A stretch of 46,300 nucleotides of DNA, taken from the IMG/VR virus record IMGVR_UViG_3300013006_001934, positions 1-46,300 of that record; one strand, 5' to 3'. This DNA is from a virus (Duplodnaviria; Caudoviricetes). The position numbers and the translations under genes were made by a program. Of the stretch, positions 18,476 through 27,759 are shown one piece after another (position 1 is the first letter of the stretch; each line of letters begins with the position of its first letter). The notes beneath the pieces were generated by a model that was not told the DNA's origin, did not search any database, and was given only the letters and a program-made list of their open reading frames with translations.

Positions 18476-19257
18476 ACTTTTTTCAATCTTTCGATTAATT
18501 CGAATACTTTGCTTTTAGGAACATCTTTTATAGATGCGAAACTTTCTGCACCATCAAACTTCTCTTTAATTAACTTATTTTTAAGCACTTCGAAAGATAC
18601 TCCTTTTTCTTGCATCACTTTTTCTAATAAAGCAGCAGGATTCATAGGATTCTCTTTTTCAGAATCTTCTTTAGCTACCAATCCTAATTTTGCATCTCCT
18701 AACTCTTCTTGAGATACGATATTAATCTTCAAGAAATTACGAACACATCTTACAAACGCTCTATTTTCTGCTATAGCTGCTAAGAAATATCTAGCAAAGT
18801 CTTTCGTATTAACCAATGAAGCATCTGCTAATGCTTCAAATACGACTGGTCTATCTTCAGTTTCATAATTAGGAATCCAAGTGATCCTACAAGATGTAGC
18901 AAAATAATTATCTGCTGCAGTTATTACTTTATACTCAACGCTTGTAAATCCACGAATTTGAGCTAGCTCTTTTATACCACCTAAAAGAATAAGTAAATCT
19001 TTATCTTCTAATTTAGAAACATCTGTTTGTTGAGTTCTTTGCCTATTGGAAACGAGATACTGAGTTTTAACCATTCCTCTCCAATTAATAGATCCATCCT
19101 CGTTGAATTGATAGGTTATATTATCGTTCTCAAGTAGTCCAAATCTATTACGAATAAATAGTTTTGGTGGGGTAACTTTAGGCAAAGTCTGAATTTTATC
19201 TGTGAATATCTGCTCATTTTTCAACGAGCTACTATTAATTGAAATTGATTCTTCCAT
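18472..19257 (-). CDS. Putative single-strand annealing protein (Rad52/Sak-like)
   Basis: LLILLGGIKELAQIRG...EALADAS...AAIAENRAFVRCVRNFLKI resembles the AETRAxxRAxR helix of phage annealing proteins. Confidence 0.5.
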   Translation of the reverse strand: MEESISINSSSLKNEQIFTDKIQTLPKVTPPKLFIRNRFGLLENDNITYQFNEDGSINWRGMVKTQYLVSNRQRTQQTDVSKLEDKDLLILLGGIKELAQIRGFTSVEYKVITAADNYFATSCRITWIPNYETEDRPVVFEALADASLVNTKDFARYFLAAIAENRAFVRCVRNFLKINIVSQEELGDAKLGLVAKEDSEKENPMNPAALLEKVMQEKGVSFEVLKNKLIKEKFDGAESFASIKDVPKSKVFELIERLKKV

Positions 19258-19263
19258 TTAAGT

Positions 19264-19292
19264 ATATTACCGCTGTTTTAAGTTTATGTCAA
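19264..19292 (-). promoter_or_regulatory. sigma70-like promoter
   Basis: TTGACA-N17-TAATAT, 6 nt before ATG 19257. Confidence 0.7.
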
Positions 19293-20453
19293 CTCAAATA
19301 GATAGAAGTATTTAGATTCTTCCCAAAAAATAGGGTCATCTATTACTTTAATAGCTTTATTCTCGAAAGGTATATCGTTCATATAAGCGGCTTTTGAATT
19401 ATAAATTTTGCCTTTGCTTATTGTGATTTTATTGGATTTGTAAAGTAAGCTATCAATATTTCTGTCTTTTAATATTTCTAGATCTTTCTTCTGAGTTTTC
19501 ACAGACCTTATAATTTGAGCATAGTCCATATAATCTAGCTTAATACTCTTAACAAAGTCTTCTGATAAAAACGTGGACAAGACGAATGTTTTTCCTAATT
19601 TTTTCAAGTCTTTCACAAATTCTATACTATGATTCTCATCTAAATCATAAATAATCTGAGCAATGTTATCTTTATATTTATTTAAAATATCATATCTTAT
19701 AGGTTTTGAAGTAACTATTGAGCAATTATTTCTTTTAAGTTGCTCTTCTAAAACTTCTTCATTAAACTCATAATCCATTCTCATAATCAATGAATTAACT
19801 CCTAACTTAGAGATATCTGCAATTACGCTATTTGGAACGGATTCTATTAATCTTCTGCTATAATCTTCTCCGATATAATTTGTCTTTATATTGATTTTTT
19901 CCATTCCAAGAAACTCTAATACATTATTAGCTATTTCTATTGGATCTATTTCATTAATTGTCTTGGGAGATTCTTGAGCCGAATAACTTGGCTTTCTATC
20001 TTTTTTAGTTGCTTCTAATGTTTTGACTTTATTTTTTGAACTAAAGTATGGCCCAGCATTTTCTGGTCTACTATTTGAATATAAAGCTACGATAGGCTTA
20101 TCATAATGACTTGCTACATGGACTCCAAAGCTATCTGCACCAAAATGTAACATGCCTCTTTTTATAATATAAGCTGCTTGATTGATAGTAGTCTTACCTT
20201 GCAAATGATAACAGTTTTCTACAGGTTTTTCATCTTTTCCGCCAATTTGCACTATATGAATCTTTTTTTCTTGTAGTCTAGGAAGAAGTTGATTTATCAC
20301 TTCTTGCCAAAGGTCATAGCTTTTAGAGTCATATTTACTGCATGGTTGAAATGATACATAATCATCAAATGGAATTGGACAATATTTTTCATATATAGAT
20401 GGTTTATCTATTTTAAGACCACAATTTAAAGCGTAAGTTTCAATTAGATGCAT
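19284..20453 (-). CDS. Glycosyltransferase family 9-like, C-terminal lobe, plus unknown domain
   Basis: IVQIGGKDE...LQGKTTINQAAYIIKRGMLHFGADSFGVHVASHYDKPIVALY. Confidence 0.75.
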   Translation of the reverse strand: MHLIETYALNCGLKIDKPSIYEKYCPIPFDDYVSFQPCSKYDSKSYDLWQEVINQLLPRLQEKKIHIVQIGGKDEKPVENCYHLQGKTTINQAAYIIKRGMLHFGADSFGVHVASHYDKPIVALYSNSRPENAGPYFSSKNKVKTLEATKKDRKPSYSAQESPKTINEIDPIEIANNVLEFLGMEKINIKTNYIGEDYSRRLIESVPNSVIADISKLGVNSLIMRMDYEFNEEVLEEQLKRNNCSIVTSKPIRYDILNKYKDNIAQIIYDLDENHSIEFVKDLKKLGKTFVLSTFLSEDFVKSIKLDYMDYAQIIRSVKTQKKDLEILKDRNIDSLLYKSNKITISKGKIYNSKAAYMNDIPFENKAIKVIDDPIFWEESKYFYLFELT

Positions 20454-22359
20454 ATTTATAATCCTTGTAAGCTATATTAGTTTTACCATTATGAAGATAA
20501 GTTAAAAATCTTTGCGTTTGAGAATACGGCAAGAAAGCTAATTCAAAGTATCCTTTGTGAGTAGAGATACCTTCTAACCAAGTCAAGCTATCCATTTGAG
20601 AAATATATTGTATAACTTTATGGACATGAGGATTTGCTTCTAAGATATCAAAGTATTCTGGTTTAATCGCTACATATAAGTTGTATGATGGATATTGTTC
20701 TTTGATAGACTTGAAAAGACTTGTAGATAAGAATATATCTCCTATGCTTTCTGGCATAACATACAATAACCTTTTACCATCATCATCTTTATCTAGCAAA
20801 TCATCAAAAGCAATTTTCTGATTTTTACTATTGTCTTGAAGAGCAACTTGACGAAAATAGTTTTCTATATCAACCCTTTTAGTTCCTTTTTCTATTTCTT
20901 TCATCCAGTATTGATAGCCTTCATCTTCTTTATTTATATCTTTAGCTTTCAATATACTCTTATATAACTGCAGAACCCATTCAGAATTATCTTTAATTTC
21001 TGGCAGAGTACAATATGCATCTTTTTCTTCGACTTCGAAAGAGTAGTTTTTATCTACAACGGGAGAAGAGTCTATGAAGTCTTCTATAATTTTACCAATT
21101 GTTTCTACTGAATAGTTTTTTACTGTCCATTCTCTTGCTTTTTTGCCGTAGTCTGATCTTTCTTCTTTGGACATGCTATAGACTTTTGATAAATTAATTG
21201 CTATAGATTTTGGAGATGTAGAAGCTTTAATGAATTCTGTTCCATGCTCTCTGTATTCATTCCATTCTAATGGAAGACTATACGCCTCTTGTTGGCACAT
21301 CTCTTCTCCACAAGAGTAATTGGTAACTAAAGTGATAAGTTCGGTGAGCTTGGCTTCTTGTATTGGAATTTCTTGACCTCCGCTAGTAAATGGATGACAA
21401 TAAACATCCATCAAATTGTAGACCTCATTTAGACTTTCTTCAGTTACCCCTAAGCCTACATTAGTAGTGATTTGAGATTTTTTATTTCCACAGAATCCAC
21501 AATCTAAGTCTTGACCATTAAAATTTTTAACTTCATAATTACCGCATGCTTTGCATATGTATGTAGTAAATATTTCCTTGGGATCAATATCATATTCTTT
21601 TGCTAGCTTCATGATATTCCAGCCTTCACCAAAATGAGTATGAAGTAATAACCCAGAGTTTTTTATATTATTCTCTTTTTTCCATATAGAGTATCCTTCT
21701 AAAAGATTGGGAACGCTTTTCCTCAACTGATTCCTAAATACGAATCCAACAATAAATTTATTCTTATCTATATTAAATTTAGATCTTAACTCTAATCTTT
21801 TTTCGTCAGAAATTCTATAAAAATTATCTGTATCTAATGCACCATGAACAGTCTTGACATGGCCATGTCCTAACTTATGTAAGGCTTTTGTTGCAAAATC
21901 ACTCCATATCCAATAATTTTTAACTTTGGGCGCGCATTTAACAGCTGATTCAAGAATAGGTAAAGAATCTAGAGTCGTCCATATTACTGAGCTTATCTTA
22001 TTAAACCAAGGCTTATCTATGGCGAAATCTACTCCCCAAATATCTTGCACAGCAATATAAACATCTGGTTTTTCCTCTTTTATTATCTCGTCTAATAAAT
22101 GAGCTCCATAACTAGCCATTCTAGCTAAATGAGGATCTTTATTTAATTGCTCTACTTCTTGTTGCGAATTTGGAAGTGAACCACAGCTTTTCCAAGGAGT
22201 TCTTTCTAATTGAGGATTTCCTTTCTGCATTCCGCAGCAATAATTTACTATATCATATTTATTAGTTTTATATAAATATTTGATAATGGCTTTAGAATTT
22301 CTTCCAAAGCCAGTCTTCGCTAAAGAAAAATCAGATTGAAAGACTATCTTTTTACGCAT
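20440..22359 (-). CDS. GT4-type glycosyltransferase fused to a GT9 N-terminal lobe
   Basis: KTGFGRNS, RNQLRKSVPNLLEG, LNEVYNLMDVYCHPFTSGGQEIPIQEA; CxxC...CxxC insert; C-term MPESIGDIFLSTSLFKSIKEQYP. Confidence 0.85.
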   Translation of the reverse strand: MRKKIVFQSDFSLAKTGFGRNSKAIIKYLYKTNKYDIVNYCCGMQKGNPQLERTPWKSCGSLPNSQQEVEQLNKDPHLARMASYGAHLLDEIIKEEKPDVYIAVQDIWGVDFAIDKPWFNKISSVIWTTLDSLPILESAVKCAPKVKNYWIWSDFATKALHKLGHGHVKTVHGALDTDNFYRISDEKRLELRSKFNIDKNKFIVGFVFRNQLRKSVPNLLEGYSIWKKENNIKNSGLLLHTHFGEGWNIMKLAKEYDIDPKEIFTTYICKACGNYEVKNFNGQDLDCGFCGNKKSQITTNVGLGVTEESLNEVYNLMDVYCHPFTSGGQEIPIQEAKLTELITLVTNYSCGEEMCQQEAYSLPLEWNEYREHGTEFIKASTSPKSIAINLSKVYSMSKEERSDYGKKAREWTVKNYSVETIGKIIEDFIDSSPVVDKNYSFEVEEKDAYCTLPEIKDNSEWVLQLYKSILKAKDINKEDEGYQYWMKEIEKGTKRVDIENYFRQVALQDNSKNQKIAFDDLLDKDDDGKRLLYVMPESIGDIFLSTSLFKSIKEQYPSYNLYVAIKPEYFDILEANPHVHKVIQYISQMDSLTWLEGISTHKGYFELAFLPYSQTQRFLTYLHNGKTNIAYKDYKYASN

Positions 22360-22364
22360 TTAGA

Positions 22365-22949
22365 TTACCAAAGGTCTTCGTGATCTTCTGATGAAGTAGG
22401 AGCTTCTGTCGAGTCCTGCATTTTGTCTTTCTGTTTTCTTTCGTCTATGGATTTAGCTTTGTTATTTTTTAAATTTTTGATCTCTTCGCTACGTTCTGTA
22501 GAGAATATATGTCCTAAACCAAATTTAATATATTCTGCTACCATACGACCTTCAGCGAATGTAAAGCCAATTAAGAAGCTTGTGGCAGGCTGAGTAGTCT
22601 GCACTTTGGAAGTCTTAATAACATTAAGACTATATCCAATTTGCTTATCCTCCCTTAAGTATGGAGAGAACTTTATTCCTAATTTTTGATTCTCTGAATT
22701 ATGGAATAAATCTATAGATCGGTTGTTATCTATCACATCTAATATTCCACATACTTCAATTTTAGATAGTTTAACTACTACTTTTTTCTCTGGATTCTGT
22801 GCATTATCAGAAAAACTACCGATCTTCTTTTGATCATTCCAGCTAGCCTGTTTAATTAAATTTAAATAAAAATTGCCATCAATATTATTAAAAGAAAAGC
22901 TACAAGCTGTTCCAGTTACTCTTGGTGTTGGTTTATAAATTTGTATCAT
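22365..22949 (-). CDS. Putative ssDNA-binding protein, Whirly-like
   Basis: IYK, KLSKIEVCGIL, LFHN, FTFAEG motifs; acidic tail EDHEDLW; adjacent to DnaE. Confidence 0.55.
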   Translation of the reverse strand: MIQIYKPTPRVTGTACSFSFNNIDGNFYLNLIKQASWNDQKKIGSFSDNAQNPEKKVVVKLSKIEVCGILDVIDNNRSIDLFHNSENQKLGIKFSPYLREDKQIGYSLNVIKTSKVQTTQPATSFLIGFTFAEGRMVAEYIKFGLGHIFSTERSEEIKNLKNNKAKSIDERKQKDKMQDSTEAPTSSEDHEDLW

Positions 22950-22956
22950 ATATTAT

Positions 22957-22985
22957 ATATTATCAAACTCTTAACTAAAAATCAA
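22957..22985 (-). promoter_or_regulatory. sigma70-like promoter
   Basis: TTGATT-N17-TAATAT, 7 nt before ATG 22949. Confidence 0.6.
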
Positions 22986-22986
22986 G

Positions 22987-25524
22987 TTATTTTTCTTTAA
23001 TTTCTCCAAGTTTCATAAAGATCTTATGATCTTGAATTGATATCAAATCCGCGAATACAGTATCTTCACCTTTTTTCTTACCTTTAACTATCACAATATT
23101 ACCTTCGTCTGGTAATATATTATTCATTTCTTTACATTCATCTATCTTGTCATTGAATATTAATGCAGTTAATTTAGAGCTCTCGTCTTGTACAGACAGT
23201 CTTAAATATCTGGTCTTCTTTGCGTTGTTGGCTATACCTAAATATTGTTCTTTAATTATGCCTATGAATATAACTGATAATCCTTCTGGTGCTTCATTGA
23301 CTTCTCTTATGTTTAATAGATCTGGCTTCTGATCAGAAAAGATATCTTTTAAACTAGTATTATATGTATATCCTAAAAGTTTATTTTCATAATACCAATT
23401 AGCAAACCTTTCATTTTTGCTATTTTGTTGATATATCTTCTTGTATGGATCGTAAGATTTTGTTATTGTTTCTAGCCTTGTTTCTTTGATTATAAGTTTA
23501 CCTTTTTCATCTTTTGTGTTACTTAGCAATTTAATAATTTTAAATAGATCATAATCAAACTTTTCTCCATACATCATACAGTATTTTTGCTCATTTTGAG
23601 TTAATATATTCCATAGTTGAGCTTCTAATACTACCTTGCTCCTAGACTGTTTGAAATCCTCTAATGCTCCAGCTTGTATTAATGGAGATAGCACCCTTAT
23701 CGACAACTTCGCTTGTTGCCCAGACTTAAATACGTCAAACTTCGAAGCGTATTTATTTCTAAAATCATTAAGTCTTTGAATGGATTTATCGCTAATTCCT
23801 TTGATAGATAATAAGCCGAACCTAATATCATCTCCTTCAACACTGAAGTCCATTTCTGATTTAATAATATGAGGTGGTAATAGCTTTATATTAAATAAAT
23901 CCATTTCTTTATGGATCTTAGATATTTCATCTATAGGATCTGGCTCGAATCTAGTCATCCTTAATAAGGATAAAAAGAATTCTTTTGGATGTTTAAATTT
24001 TAAATAAATTGTAATTGCTGCTAATGCTGCATAGCTTTGACTGTGACTCGCATTAAATGAGTAATTGGCAGAATCTTCTAGAATTTTCCATAGAGTTTCT
24101 CCAATCTCTTTCTCTAAGTTATTTGATACGCATTTCTTTTCGATCTTCTCTTTCCAAGCTTTAATTTCTTCGACTTTCTTTTTACCAACAATTCTCCTCA
24201 ATATCTCGGCTTGATCTAAAGTAAATCCAATTTTGTGTGCCATTTGCATTAATTGTTCTTGATAAAGAGCTAGACCTCCTGTTCTCTTTAATGTCTCATC
24301 GAAAAATGGATGAACAGATTGATATTCTCCAGTCTCTACATATTTAGCATATTGATCAACGAATTGTAGTGCACCTGGCCGAGCCAATGCTAATACGGCA
24401 CTTAACTCTTCTAAATTTCTTGGTCGGACCTTTCTGCAAACTTTAAAATTTGTGTCTGCCTCGATTTGAAATAGACCATGAGGACTTCGGAGGTCTTGTA
24501 GTTGCTGATAAATAAATACATCTTCTGTATTGATATCTTCTATCTTAGACTTAATCATAAGACATACATCATAAACTACCGAAACGCTTCTTAAACCAAG
24601 CAAATCTAGCTTAACATTAAATTGACTAATATCATTCATATCAAAAGAACTTACCAGTTCCTTGTCGGAAGATAATTCTAATGGACATGCTTCTGATAAT
24701 TTTTCGTGAGATATTTGAATACCAGAAGGATGAACGCCTTTGTTTTTTATCAAATTTCTTAGTTTCAAAGCTATATTATAAATCTCTTGATTTTGATCAC
24801 ACCATTCTTTGAATTTTTCTACTTCGTTATAGGCTTCAGAAATATCTTTAACTTGACCGAATGTTTTTGGAATTAAACTGCTGATGTGAGTCATCTCGGT
24901 TTCATTTTTTTCCTCTACGATTTTACCACATTCTTTGATAAGAAGTTTTCCGCTTAAAGTATTGAATGTCAAAATTTTACTAATTCTATTTGGAAAGACT
25001 TCATTTAAGAAATCTATGACCTTATGGCGATTGTAATAACAAATATCCAAATCTACATCGCACATTAAACTTCCATCAAGATATGTGATTCCATCAACAA
25101 CTTGTTTCTTCGCTCTAATCTTAGAGATAAATCTTTCAAAGTAAAGATTATGTTTAATTGGATCTATTTTAGTAACGCCTATCAAGAAAAGAATTAAACT
25201 ACCCGCTGCACTTCCTCTTCCTAGTCCAGTAGGAATTTCGCTTTCTTTACAGAAGTTAATAACTAACCATACTAGAATTATATAATCAATAAATCCTAGA
25301 TCTTCTATAATCTCGAATTCATGATCTAATCGTTTTTTATACTCTGGTTTTTTAGGAAGATTATTGTAAGCTAGTTTTTTTAGAAAATCAGCATTAGAAA
25401 CGTCTTCGGATAATCCTAGATTTCTTTTATGCTCTGCTTTGACTTTGAATTCTGGCAACCTTACTCCATAAAGCGGTAAGTTTATTTTTTTGAATGAATT
25501 AACAAAATCAATAGTCTTCGTCAT
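22987..25524 (-). CDS. dnaE: DNA polymerase III alpha, catalytic part lacking the PHP domain
   Basis: GLGRGSAAGSL, LYFERF, DVDLD, GVHPSG, KLDLLGL, YQEQLM, YSFNASH, IRFGLLSIKG, C-terminal OB fold. Confidence 0.95.
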   Translation of the reverse strand: MTKTIDFVNSFKKINLPLYGVRLPEFKVKAEHKRNLGLSEDVSNADFLKKLAYNNLPKKPEYKKRLDHEFEIIEDLGFIDYIILVWLVINFCKESEIPTGLGRGSAAGSLILFLIGVTKIDPIKHNLYFERFISKIRAKKQVVDGITYLDGSLMCDVDLDICYYNRHKVIDFLNEVFPNRISKILTFNTLSGKLLIKECGKIVEEKNETEMTHISSLIPKTFGQVKDISEAYNEVEKFKEWCDQNQEIYNIALKLRNLIKNKGVHPSGIQISHEKLSEACPLELSSDKELVSSFDMNDISQFNVKLDLLGLRSVSVVYDVCLMIKSKIEDINTEDVFIYQQLQDLRSPHGLFQIEADTNFKVCRKVRPRNLEELSAVLALARPGALQFVDQYAKYVETGEYQSVHPFFDETLKRTGGLALYQEQLMQMAHKIGFTLDQAEILRRIVGKKKVEEIKAWKEKIEKKCVSNNLEKEIGETLWKILEDSANYSFNASHSQSYAALAAITIYLKFKHPKEFFLSLLRMTRFEPDPIDEISKIHKEMDLFNIKLLPPHIIKSEMDFSVEGDDIRFGLLSIKGISDKSIQRLNDFRNKYASKFDVFKSGQQAKLSIRVLSPLIQAGALEDFKQSRSKVVLEAQLWNILTQNEQKYCMMYGEKFDYDLFKIIKLLSNTKDEKGKLIIKETRLETITKSYDPYKKIYQQNSKNERFANWYYENKLLGYTYNTSLKDIFSDQKPDLLNIREVNEAPEGLSVIFIGIIKEQYLGIANNAKKTRYLRLSVQDESSKLTALIFNDKIDECKEMNNILPDEGNIVIVKGKKKGEDTVFADLISIQDHKIFMKLGEIKEK

Positions 25525-25765
25525 CTTTGCTTTTCTTTTTCCGCTTTTTATTTGATTTAAAATTGTTAATTGACTTATCTATATTTATTTGAAATTCGCT
25601 TAAGCCTTCTTTAAGAGCTGCAAAAGACTTCTCTTCATTATTCAAAGAGTAAAATACGTCTGCTTTACTATTAGTCTTACCATGCTGGATAGTAATAAAT
25701 AAATAATCTATATTTTCTTTCTCTAGTTTACCTAGAATATCGTAGATGTTGTCCATTGATGCCAT
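25508..25765 (-). CDS. Hypothetical protein
   Basis: 85 aa, preceded by a good promoter, overlaps the dnaE start. Confidence 0.65.
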   Translation of the reverse strand: MASMDNIYDILGKLEKENIDYLFITIQHGKTNSKADVFYSLNNEEKSFAALKEGLSEFQINIDKSINNFKSNKKRKKKSKDDEDY

Positions 25766-25772
25766 ATTGAGT

Positions 25773-25801
25773 ATTATATATTTCTATTAGGAAAAATGCA
25801 A
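25773..25801 (-). promoter_or_regulatory. sigma70-like promoter
   Basis: TTGCAT-N17-TATAAT, 7 nt before ATG 25765. Confidence 0.7.
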
Positions 25802-26443
25802 TCAAATATTAACCATATGCTTGATTTTATTCCAGACTTTAAAATTTAGCTCTAAATCTGACAAAGCGTTATGCAAAGAATCATAATCATGATTGATATC
25901 TAGATCTTTTCCAGCTGCGGTCAAGTTTGTTCTAATATTCTTAACTCTAGTATGATATAATTTATACATATATTCTGGCAAAGATTCTTTTTTAGGGTCA
26001 AAAGCATTTGAAGTCTTTATTCCTTTATAAATCAAATTTGTGTCTATAGCTTTAGAAAGAAAATCGTAAGGTTTCAAATTCATGAATTTATAATATTCAC
26101 TAAGAAGATATAAATCAAAACCCAATATATTGTGGCCAACTATATAATCCGCTTTCTCGATCCACTCTCTTAAGGTAGGAAAGAATAATTCTGGGTCAAT
26201 ACCATTCTTTTGAATATTCTTTGGGTCATATCTTGTTATTCTTGCTGCATCTTTGCTTATTTTTAAATCAGTCTTCCATTTTAAATGAATGTCTTTACTA
26301 TCAATAATTTTATCTCCTTGACATTTTAACATAGCAATTTGCCAAGGTATATTATGACAAAAATTAAGGCATAGATTTAGAGTCTCACAATCTATGAAAA
26401 GTAAAGTTTTATTGTTATCAAATCTTAAAAGATGTTCGTCCAT
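25802..26443 (-). CDS. DEDDh 3'-5' exonuclease (DnaQ/epsilon-like)
   Basis: FIDCET, IVGHNILGFD, HNALSD. Confidence 0.9.
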   Translation of the reverse strand: MDEHLLRFDNNKTLLFIDCETLNLCLNFCHNIPWQIAMLKCQGDKIIDSKDIHLKWKTDLKISKDAARITRYDPKNIQKNGIDPELFFPTLREWIEKADYIVGHNILGFDLYLLSEYYKFMNLKPYDFLSKAIDTNLIYKGIKTSNAFDPKKESLPEYMYKLYHTRVKNIRTNLTAAGKDLDINHDYDSLHNALSDLELNFKVWNKIKHMVNI

Positions 26444-26447
26444 TGTA

Positions 26448-26966
26448 TTATCCTATATCTTCAAATGAATCGTTAACTTGATTAAAGTTTGCATATTTCT
26501 CATAAATATAATATGGTACTTGCATATTTCTGATATTGTAATGCCATTCAATGTGTTCTAGTCTATTTTGTTTAATCCATACTCCATTATCTTCTGTTAA
26601 ATTATATAAATAAAACATACTAAGGTCATGTGCAAAAGCTACAATGTATACTGGTGCTCCTAGTTTATTACCACACCAAACACTTAAATATTTTTGCTTA
26701 TCTCTTTCTGAGTATCTGCTTAATATTGATTTAAAATAATTTGGCACAGGTTCTGCGAAATGATTATCTATTCTTGTGAGTTCTAGGACTGCGTTAGCTA
26801 CTGGTTCATTACTCTCAAAACTTATGCATATTAGGTCTTGGTCTATAGCATATAGACCATCTTCACCATAAAGCATGTTTCTATAAGGCAAACTCCTATC
26901 TTCATTATCTTTTCTTTGGCGAACTTTCGTGCCATATTCATTTACTATTTTTTCTATTGTTTTCAT
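26448..26966 (-). CDS. Hypothetical protein, possible PD-(D/E)xK-like fold
   Basis: YAIDQDLI...AVLELT...LGAPVYIVAF; weak pattern only. Confidence 0.45.
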   Translation of the reverse strand: MKTIEKIVNEYGTKVRQRKDNEDRSLPYRNMLYGEDGLYAIDQDLICISFESNEPVANAVLELTRIDNHFAEPVPNYFKSILSRYSERDKQKYLSVWCGNKLGAPVYIVAFAHDLSMFYLYNLTEDNGVWIKQNRLEHIEWHYNIRNMQVPYYIYEKYANFNQVNDSFEDIG

Positions 26967-27727
26967 TTCTTGACCTGTTCTAACCAGCTTTCAAAGCAGA
27001 ATTCATTACTAGACATATGCTCCATTTCTGGTTTATTTAAAGTAGTTCTATTGTTAATGCATCTAAAAGTTAAAAAGCTTTTAAAATCTTTTTTATTCTT
27101 ATAATAGATGCTTTTAGTATTAAAGGACTCAAGATTATTTGATTTAGCATACTCAAGCATTTTGTTTTTAACAAGAGGATCAAATATCAAAGAGTTGTCC
27201 TCAATAAAAATTGATGGTTTAAAATTCTCTAAAAATGGGACACATTGATATCCTTTTAAACAGTTATTAAAAATGAAGTTATCATAGAATGGTAGAGCTA
27301 TCTTTAAGCTATCGTTGAAATGCTCTTTGAGGATATTCATATCTAATCTTGGAGTATAGTAAAATCCTTCAGTATTAGCCTTTGTCCACAATTTTATAAG
27401 TAGCTTATAGCCTTCGTCTCCATTTGCGAATAATATCACTTTGTGATGCTTCTTAAGCTCTGGTTCACTTTTATTCAAATGGTCTTCGCAAAATACAAAT
27501 TTTATACCAAATATTAAATCGATATCAATTGATTTTAAGTTCTTGTATGCCTGTAAGAAACCGCTAAAGCAATCTTCTACTAAAAATACCTTCTTAAGTT
27601 TATTGTCTTTGGCTATTTGGATAATAGAATCTGGTCCATTATCTGTTTCGCTCTCTGGCTTAAGAGTCAATATGCTCTTTCCTATAGAAAAATGGCTTTT
27701 AAAAAGTGGAATAACATTGTTCATCAT
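26963..27727 (-). CDS. Stand-alone PHP domain of DNA polymerase III alpha
   Basis: SHFSIGKSIL, LIFGIKF, VILFANGDEGYKLLIKL, EGFYYTPRLD. The second Met (27724) may be the true start. Confidence 0.85.
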   Translation of the reverse strand: MMNNVIPLFKSHFSIGKSILTLKPESETDNGPDSIIQIAKDNKLKKVFLVEDCFSGFLQAYKNLKSIDIDLIFGIKFVFCEDHLNKSEPELKKHHKVILFANGDEGYKLLIKLWTKANTEGFYYTPRLDMNILKEHFNDSLKIALPFYDNFIFNNCLKGYQCVPFLENFKPSIFIEDNSLIFDPLVKNKMLEYAKSNNLESFNTKSIYYKNKKDFKSFLTFRCINNRTTLNKPEMEHMSSNEFCFESWLEQVKK

Positions 27728-27730
27728 CTA

Positions 27731-27759
27731 TTTATATCTGATATTATTATCTAGGTCAA
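27731..27759 (-). promoter_or_regulatory. sigma70-like promoter
   Basis: TTGACC-N17-TATAAA, 6 nt before ATG 27724. Confidence 0.6.

Noticed and set aside
22987-27727. Trans-splicing split intein joining the DnaE pieces
   Set aside because: No Cys-initiated intein N-block at the PHP end and no HN-C/S/T block at the polymerase start.
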